A stretch of 7,904 bases of DNA from a virus (taxonomy: Duplodnaviria; Heunggongvirae; Uroviricota; Caudoviricetes). The notes below the pieces were generated by a model. The model saw only the letters and a list, made by a program, of their open reading frames with translations, had not been told where the DNA came from and ran no database searches. The translations under genes and the position numbers were made by a program. How positions within the stretch are numbered: the first letter of the stretch is position 1; every line of letters starts with the position of its first letter. Location: positions 1-7,904 of the IMG/VR virus record IMGVR_UViG_2660238352_000010. The stretch is one strand, 5' to 3'. Below are positions 1 to 4,501 of the stretch, piece by piece.

Positions 1-89
1 TAGCTGGATTGAATACCCTTCAAAAGAGGTCCGCGACGCTGCTAATCAAAAGATGATGTCGGACCCACGGATGAAAGAGCTACTGGCCG

Positions 90-455
90 GTGTCGCAGTG
101 GGCGTCAGGCGCGGCAGCAAACAGTATGCTGGCATCATTCTTCCTTCAGACGGATGCATCAAATCTGAATCTTATGCACCACAAGGGCACGTCGAATGCA
201 CAACTTGGTACATTTGGTGCGTTTGACCATAACTGGCATACGGTTGTTTTCCGCTTTGCGGGAAATAACAGCGAAAGAGTCGTTCCGGTGATTGATGGTA
301 CAGAGCAGACGGCGTTTGACCTTGTGATGTGGACAAATGATGGCTTTACAGCAGATACGCTGACGCTGACAGATATCACGGGGGCAAAAGCGACGTATCC
401 TGTACTGCTTGATACGGTCACAGTCAAAGTTAACGAAAGCCGGGCATCATCATAA
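90..455 (+). CDS. Hypothetical protein, probably the 3' portion of a larger or frameshifted gene; function not recognised
   Basis: Frame 3 is open from 75 to the TAA at 453-455 and reads as a protein-like, beta-rich sequence (…FDHNWHTVVFRFAGNNSERVVPVIDGTEQTAFDLVMW…). The start is uncertain: GTG at 90 or ATG at 126, neither with a good SD. Frame 2 is open from the window edge to 238 and is also protein-like, so a frameshifted or left-truncated gene is possible. Confidence 0.35.
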   Translation: MSQWASGAAANSMLASFFLQTDASNLNLMHHKGTSNAQLGTFGAFDHNWHTVVFRFAGNNSERVVPVIDGTEQTAFDLVMWTNDGFTADTLTLTDITGAKATYPVLLDTVTVKVNESRASS

Positions 456-460
456 CCGGC

Positions 461-497
461 AAAAAAAGCCGCCAGCGGCAGGAACGGAAGCTGGCGG
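461..497 (-). terminator. Rho-independent terminator, minus-strand orientation
   Basis: An 8 bp GC-rich stem (ccgccagc 469-476 pairing with gctggcgg 490-497) with a 13 nt loop. On the + strand it is preceded by A7 (461-467), so on the minus strand the hairpin is followed by CUUUUUUU. There is no U-tract on the + side. Confidence 0.5.
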
Positions 498-547
498 AGG
501 TAATCCCAATGGAGAATGTAAAGAAAAGATGCTTTCGTATATCGGTT

Positions 548-576
548 TTTTAAATGAAAACAGTTCTCATTGTCAA
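548..576 (-). promoter_or_regulatory. Candidate sigma70 promoter on the minus strand
   Basis: Minus strand reads TTGACA (perfect -35, + coordinates 576-571), then a 17-18 nt spacer, then TTAAAA/TAAAAA (weak -10). It sits about 80 nt upstream of the minus-strand terminator at 461-497. Confidence 0.25.
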
Positions 577-594
577 CCATAACGGTAAGAAACT

Positions 595-789
595 ATGACA
601 TTTATTCATCAGGTGATGCTGTACTTCTGTACGGCGGTCTGTGTGCTGTATCTTCTTTCGGGTGGGTACAGGGCAGTGCGCGATTTCTGGCGCAGGCAGA
701 TTGATAAAAGGGCCGCAGAGAAAATCAGCGCCAGTCAGTCAGCCGGAGCAAAAACAGAAGCCCCACTCATTCCGGAACAACCTTCTTAA
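595..789 (+). CDS. Hypothetical small membrane protein (64 aa)
   Basis: ATG at 595 to TAA at 787-789. The N-terminus is hydrophobic (VMLYFCTAVCVLYLLSGGY), consistent with one TM helix, followed by a basic, charged tail. The SD is weak (aagaaa). No homolog recognised. Confidence 0.3.
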   Translation: MTFIHQVMLYFCTAVCVLYLLSGGYRAVRDFWRRQIDKRAAEKISASQSAGAKTEAPLIPEQPS

Positions 790-814
790 TAACCCCTTTC
801 AACGAGAAAATCCT

Positions 815-1105
815 ATGTCAGAAATAAAATCGCTGGTCACTGCTGAGGCAGTGAAGGAAGTCCTGCGCTCTGAAGAAGTCCGGAGCGCACTGAAACAGCA
901 ACTTCGGCAGAACCTTGAGGCGCGTCTTGATGCAGAAGTGGATTCAATTCTGGATGAATTGCTTGGTGCACAGCCGGAACCATCCCCGGAACTGCTTCCG
1001 GAACCACAGGCGGAAGATGTCACCACGGAAAATGGTGATATTCAGCCGGAGCCACCGGTGACGGATATGACAGACACACAGCCAGAATCGGGCACAATGC
1101 TGTAA
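815..1105 (+). CDS. Hypothetical acidic protein (96 aa) with a helical N-terminus and a Pro/Glu-rich, probably disordered C-terminus
   Basis: ATG at 815 is the first ATG after the in-frame TAA TAA at 787-792; the ORF-track start at 641 is an overlap artefact. The sequence is MSEIKSLVTAEAVKEVLRSEEVRSALKQQLRQNLEARLDAEVDSILDELLG…PEPSPELLPEPQAED… It ends at TAA 1103-1105, directly followed by a terminator hairpin. No homolog recognised. Confidence 0.45.
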   Translation: MSEIKSLVTAEAVKEVLRSEEVRSALKQQLRQNLEARLDAEVDSILDELLGAQPEPSPELLPEPQAEDVTTENGDIQPEPPVTDMTDTQPESGTML

Positions 1106-1115
1106 CGGTGAGTCA

Positions 1116-1153
1116 GGGTCATCAGTAAAGAGCTGGTGGCCCTTTTGTTGTTG
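1116..1153 (+). terminator. Rho-independent terminator, + strand
   Basis: A 10 bp stem (gggtcatcag 1116-1125 pairing with ctggtggccc 1133-1142, including two G-U pairs) with a 7 nt loop, followed by TTTTGTTGTTG (1143-1153). It lies between the 815..1105 ORF and the holin SD (GGGAGA at 1169-1174). Confidence 0.5.
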
Positions 1154-1180
1154 TGAGCTTCCGAGTACGGGAGACGGGGT

Positions 1181-1396
1181 ATGTACCAGATGGAAAAAAT
1201 CACAACAGGTGTGTCATACACCACGTCAGCGGTGGGAACGGGCTACTGGTTCCTGCAGTTGCTGGACAGGGTTTCCCCGTCTCAGTGGGCGGCAATAGGC
1301 GTGCTGGGGAGTCTGTTGTTTGGGCTGCTGACATATCTGACTAACCTGTATTTCAAAATCAGAGAGGACCGTCGTAAGGCGGCGCGGGGAGAGTAA
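1181..1396 (+). CDS. S: Class II holin of the phage 21 S / EssQ pinholin family (71 aa)
   Basis: The product [71 protein letters not shown] is near-identical over the C-terminal two-thirds to the P21 S21 / E. coli EssQ holin as I recall it (…[14 protein letters not shown]…[22 protein letters not shown]). It has a dual-start motif (Met1 and Met4), an SD GGGAGA 6 nt upstream, and two predicted TM helices. Confidence 0.9.
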   Translation: MYQMEKITTGVSYTTSAVGTGYWFLQLLDRVSPSQWAAIGVLGSLLFGLLTYLTNLYFKIREDRRKAARGE

Positions 1397-1400
1397 AGCG

Positions 1401-1745
1401 ATGAAGAAAAAATACGAACTGGTTGTTAAAGGGATAAATAATTACCCGAATAAGATTACTGTTACTGTGGCACTGGAAATTGGTGGGTATCCGTCACTGT
1501 TGTTGCCAGATGTGGCGATTAGTCTTGACCGTACTGAAGATGCCACGCTGGAGTTTTACGAAGCTGAGGCGAAAAAGCAGGCGAAGCAGTTTTTCATGGA
1601 TGTTGCTGCCGGGTTATGTGAAGGGGATGGTCCGTTGCCGGAAAAGCGCCCCGTAATTTTAGAGGCGCAGGATGTGTTGATAACCTACAGAGGAAAACTA
1701 CCGGGAATAATTACTGGTTCTCTGAAGACTCCACCGCTGGCCTGA
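1401..1745 (+). CDS. YdfR-like DUF1327 family protein (114 aa), the usual gene between holin and endolysin in Qin-type lysis cassettes
   Basis: ATG at 1401 with SD GGGGAGAG (1386-1393), translationally coupled to the holin stop at 1394-1396. The N-terminus MKKKYELVVKGINNYP resembles the YdfR family as I recall it. Its position between S and R matches the essQ-ydfR-rrrQ arrangement. Confidence 0.7.
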   Translation: MKKKYELVVKGINNYPNKITVTVALEIGGYPSLLLPDVAISLDRTEDATLEFYEAEAKKQAKQFFMDVAAGLCEGDGPLPEKRPVILEAQDVLITYRGKLPGIITGSLKTPPLA

Positions 1746-1795
1746 AGACTTAACATATCCAGGGATTTGAAATCGATAAACCCTGATAAATATCC

Positions 1796-2833
1796 ATGAA
1801 CACCAAAATCAAATACGGCCTGTCGGCTGCCGTTCTGGCGCTGATTGCCGCAGGTGCGCCTGCGCCTGAAATCCTCGACCAGTTTCTGGATGAAAAGGAA
1901 GGTAACCACACCACGGCATACCGTGATGGCGCGGGTATCTGGACCATCTGCCGCGGTGCCATCCTGGTGGATAGTAAACCTGTCGTTCCGGGCATGAAGT
2001 TGTCGAAGGAAAAATGCGACCAGGTTAACGCCATTGAGCGTGATAAAGCGCTGGCGTGGGTGGAGAAAAACATCAGAGTGCCGCTGACCGAACCCCAGAA
2101 AGCGGGGATCGCGTCATTCTGTCCGTACAACATTGGTCCCGGTAAGTGTTTCCCGTCGACGTTTTACAGACGAATTAATGCTGGTGATCGCAGGGGAGCA
2201 TGCGAGGCGATTCGCTGGTGGATTAAGGACGGTGAGCGGTATTTTTTCTGTAATGAGCTGAATGAAAAAGGGGAGCCGGTCACCTGGCAGGGGCGGCAAT
2301 ATCAGGCGTACCCGATTGAGGGGAGTGGCTTTGAGATGAACGGAAAGGGCAGCAGTGCCCGCCCGTCGCTGACGGTGTCCAATCTTTTCGGCCTTGTCAC
2401 CGGAATGGCGGAGGATTTGCAGAGCCTGGTGGGGGCCACGGTGGTCCGCCGCCGGGTGTATGCCCGTTTTCTGGATGCGGTGAATTTCGTTGCGGGCAAT
2501 CCGGAAGCGGACCCGGAGCAGGAGCTGAGTGACCGCTGGGTGGTGGAGCAGATGTCGCAGCTGACAGCCATGACGGCCTCGTTTGTGCTGGCCACACCGA
2601 CCGAGACGGACGGGGCGCTGTTTCCCGGTCGTATCATGCTGGCGAACACCTGTATGTGGACCTACCGCTCTGATGAGTGTGGTTACACGGGCGGGGCTGT
2701 GGCGGATGAGTTCGATAAACCCACCACGGATATCCGTAAGGACAGATGCAGCAAGTGCATGCGCGGGTGTGAACTGCGCAGGAATGTCGGCAATTTTGGC
2801 GGTTTCCTTTCCATTAATAAACTTTCGCAGTAA
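1796..2833 (+). CDS. Chimeric ORF: SAR endolysin (T4-lysozyme-like, GH24) residues 1-146 fused in frame to the C-terminal 199 residues of minor tail protein L
   Basis: Residues 1-146 (MNTKIKYGLSAAVLALIAAGAPAPEILDQFLDEKEGNHTTAYRDGAGIWT…GACEAIRWWIKDG) match RrrQ/R21-type endolysins, with a Gly/Ala-rich SAR domain and an E35-x8-D44-x5-T50 catalytic triad. Residues 147-345 (ERYFFCNELNEKGEPVTWQGRQYQAYPIEGSGFEMNGKG…CSKCMRGCELRRNVGNFGGFLSINKLSQ) match lambda gpL from about residue 34 to its C-terminus, including the C-terminal Cys cluster. The junction is at about 2231-2236. Confidence 0.85.
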   Translation: MNTKIKYGLSAAVLALIAAGAPAPEILDQFLDEKEGNHTTAYRDGAGIWTICRGAILVDSKPVVPGMKLSKEKCDQVNAIERDKALAWVEKNIRVPLTEPQKAGIASFCPYNIGPGKCFPSTFYRRINAGDRRGACEAIRWWIKDGERYFFCNELNEKGEPVTWQGRQYQAYPIEGSGFEMNGKGSSARPSLTVSNLFGLVTGMAEDLQSLVGATVVRRRVYARFLDAVNFVAGNPEADPEQELSDRWVVEQMSQLTAMTASFVLATPTETDGALFPGRIMLANTCMWTYRSDECGYTGGAVADEFDKPTTDIRKDRCSKCMRGCELRRNVGNFGGFLSINKLSQ

Positions 2834-2838
2834 ATCCC

Positions 2839-3582
2839 ATGACAGAGACAGAATCAGCGATTCTGGCGCATGCCCGGCGGTGTGCGCCTGCGGAGTCGTG
2901 CGGCTTCGTGATAAGCACGCCGGAGGGGGAGCGGTATATCCCTTGTGTGAATATTTCCGCAGAGCCGGAGGCGTATTTTCGTATCGCACCGGAAGACTGG
3001 CTGCGGGCAGAGATGCAGGGGGAGATTGTGGCACTGGTCCACAGTCATCCCGGTGGACTGCCCTGGCTGAGCGAGGCCGACCGGCGGCTGCAGATAAAAA
3101 GCGCACTGCCCTGGTGGCTGGTCAGCCGGGGTGACATTCACAAATTCCGCTGCGTTCCGCACCTGACGGGACGGCGCTTTGCGCACGGGGTGACGGACTG
3201 TTACACGCTGTTCCGGGATGCATACCATCTGGCAGGCATTGATATGCCGGATTTTCATCGCGGGGATGACTGGTGGTGCAACGGTCAGAACCTTTACCTG
3301 GACAATATGGAGGCAACGGGCTTTTACCGGGTGCCCCTGTCCTCTGCACTGCCGGGCGATATCCTGCTGTGCTGCTTCGGCGCATCGGTGGCTAATCATG
3401 CCGCCATTTACTGCGGCAACGGTGAGCTGCTTCACCATCTGCCTGAACAGCTGAGTAAACGGGAGAGGTATTCCGAAAAATGGCAACGACGAACGCATTC
3501 TGTCTGGCGTCACCGCCACTGGCACGCATCTGCCTTCACGGGGATTTACAACGATTTGGCCGCCGCCTCAGCCTGTATGTGA
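2839..3582 (+). CDS. K: Tail tip assembly protein K (MPN/JAMM plus NlpC/P60 domains), 247 aa
   Basis: The product is close to lambda gpK (MTETESAILAHARRCAPAESCGFV…). It has a complete JAMM motif H68-x-H70-x7-S78-x2-D81 (VHSHPGGLPWLSEAD) and an NlpC/P60-type Cys121 (VTDCYTLF) with downstream His residues. The start is 5 nt after the L stop. It overlaps I by 103 bp. Confidence 0.9.
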   Translation: MTETESAILAHARRCAPAESCGFVISTPEGERYIPCVNISAEPEAYFRIAPEDWLRAEMQGEIVALVHSHPGGLPWLSEADRRLQIKSALPWWLVSRGDIHKFRCVPHLTGRRFAHGVTDCYTLFRDAYHLAGIDMPDFHRGDDWWCNGQNLYLDNMEATGFYRVPLSSALPGDILLCCFGASVANHAAIYCGNGELLHHLPEQLSKRERYSEKWQRRTHSVWRHRHWHASAFTGIYNDLAAASACM

Positions 3583-4160
3583 ACACGGCAGCGGAAGCCA
3601 TCCGCGCACTGTCGATGCAGGTGCCGGGCTTTCGCCGTCAGATGAACGAAGGCTGGTACCAGATACGCATTGCCGGTGAGGATACGGCACCGGAGGCGGT
3701 GTATGCCCGCCTTCACGAACCACTGAGTGAGGGAACGGTTATCCATATTGTGCCGCGACTGGCCGGGGCCGGAAAGGGTGGACTGCAGATTGTGCTGGGG
3801 GCGGCAGCCATCGTGGGCTCTTTCCTCACGGCCGGTGCCTCGATGGCGTTATGGGGTACAGCCCTGAGTGCCGGCGGTTTTTCTGCCACCACGATGCTGT
3901 TTTCACTGGGGGCCAGCATGATTCTGGGTGGTGTGGCCCAGATGCTGGCCCCGAAGGCAAAAACACCGGATTACCGCGCAACGGATAACGGCAGACAGAA
4001 CACGTATTTTTCGTCACTGGACAACATGATTGCCCAGGGTAACCCGATGCCGGTGCCTTACGGGGAAATGCTGGTTGGCTCCCGCCGTATATCCCAGGAC
4101 ATCAGTACCCGTGATGAAGGCGGGTGCGGAAAGGTCGTGGTTATCGGGCGGCAGGGGTAA
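3480..4160 (+). CDS. I: Tail tip assembly protein I (ubiquitin-like N-terminal domain, hydrophobic Gly/Ala-rich C-terminal half)
   Basis: The product MATTNAFCLASPPLARICLHGDLQRFGRRL…MLAPKAKTPDYRATDNGRQNTYFSSLDNMIAQGN…VVVIGR aligns along its length with lambda gpI as I recall it. A GG sits at residues 100-101 after the Ubl region. The stop is TAA at 4158-4160. Confidence 0.9.
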   Translation: MATTNAFCLASPPLARICLHGDLQRFGRRLSLYVNTAAEAIRALSMQVPGFRRQMNEGWYQIRIAGEDTAPEAVYARLHEPLSEGTVIHIVPRLAGAGKGGLQIVLGAAAIVGSFLTAGASMALWGTALSAGGFSATTMLFSLGASMILGGVAQMLAPKAKTPDYRATDNGRQNTYFSSLDNMIAQGNPMPVPYGEMLVGSRRISQDISTRDEGGCGKVVVIGRQG

Positions 4161-4167
4161 AAAGAAT

Positions 4168-4201
4168 AAAAAAAATCCCGCAGTGATCGCGGAGCTGCGG
4201 G
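4168..4201 (-). terminator. Rho-independent terminator, minus-strand orientation
   Basis: A 7 bp stem (cccgcag 4177-4183 pairing with ctgcggg 4195-4201) with an 11 nt loop. On the + strand it is preceded by A8 (4168-4175), so the minus-strand RNA ends …CUGCGGGAUUUUUUUU. There is no U-tract on the + side. Confidence 0.6.
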
Positions 4202-4262
4202 GACAGACAAAGATTAGAGTTAAGGAGTTGTTTTTGTTACTCGGGCAAAAAAACACTAACGC
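4168..4262 (-). ncRNA. Candidate prophage-encoded small RNA (~95 nt), minus strand, between tail genes I and J
   Basis: The unit is bounded by a near-consensus sigma70 promoter (TTCACA, 16 bp spacer, TATAAT) with a predicted TSS near 4262, and by the intrinsic terminator at 4168-4201. No plausible ORF is contained. The predicted RNA is 5'-GCUGCGUUAGUGUUUUUUUGCCCGAGUAACAAAAACAACUCCUUAACUCUAAUCUUUGUCUGUCCCCGCAGCUCCGCGAUCACUGCGGGAUUUUUUUU-3', with a CA-rich tract and an anti-SD-like CUCCUU. Confidence 0.45.
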
Positions 4263-4268
4263 AGCGAA

Positions 4269-4296
4269 ATTATACGCGCCACAGTCAGTTTGTGAA
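4269..4296 (-). promoter_or_regulatory. Sigma70 promoter on the minus strand (-35 TTCACA, 16 bp spacer, -10 TATAAT), with an A/T-rich upstream region
   Basis: On the + strand, ATTATA at 4269-4274 is the reverse complement of a perfect TATAAT, and TGTGAA at 4291-4296 is the reverse complement of TTCACA (5/6 to TTGACA). The minus-strand sequence upstream of the -35 (…ggcataaaaattctgaatatc) is A/T-rich and UP-element-like. Confidence 0.55.
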
Positions 4297-4368
4297 AATG
4301 TGAAGATATTCAGAATTTTTATGCCATTACCGGTTTTTACCAACAGGATTATCGGTGGACATGAAAGA

Positions 4369-4404
4369 AAACCCCGGTATCTGCTGATACCGGGGTTTCT
4401 CTTT
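4369..4404. terminator. Bidirectional intrinsic terminator: perfect 13 bp stem, 4 nt loop, U-rich tracts on both strands
   Basis: aaaccccggtatc (4369-4381), loop tgct, gataccggggttt (4386-4398). The + strand is followed by TTCTCTTT; the minus strand is followed by UCUUUCAU after the stem. It lies about 100 nt upstream of the J start and about 70 nt upstream (minus sense) of the minus-strand promoter. Confidence 0.6.
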
Positions 4405-4501
4405 AGCATGGCAGAAATGTGTTTCATGCTTTTCGGGCGAAGGATATCCGACTTCTGTACGGAATGGCAAGTGGCGGTTAATTTATTCAGGGGAAGGCTG
4501 T

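Noticed and set aside
146-580. 144-aa minus-strand ORF
   Set aside because: It is antisense to the better-supported 90..455 frame and crosses the minus-strand terminator at 461-497. Its composition is poor.
641-1105. ORF-track call of a 154-aa protein starting at 641
   Set aside because: The N-terminal 58 codons overlap the 595..789 ORF in another frame and read as low-quality sequence (MCCIFFRVGTGQCAISG…). The clean start is the ATG at 815, after the TAA TAA at 787-792.
1153-1344. 63-aa + ORF overlapping the holin in another frame
   Set aside because: The holin frame has a clear family match, an SD and a dual-start motif. The overlapping frame is Gly/Val/Arg-rich noise.
2114-3106. Long minus-strand ORFs overlapping L and K (330 aa at 2114..3106, also 2854..3525, 2302..2649, 2397..2597, 3122..3385)
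   Set aside because: They are antisense to strongly supported tail genes, and their products are Arg/Pro/Gly-rich and low-complexity, as expected for spurious ORFs in GC-rich coding DNA. No start or SD context supports them.
4321-4406. 28-aa + strand mini-ORF ([29 protein letters not shown]) in the I-J island
   Set aside because: It has no SD, and its 3' half is the terminator hairpin itself. It is unlikely to be translated.
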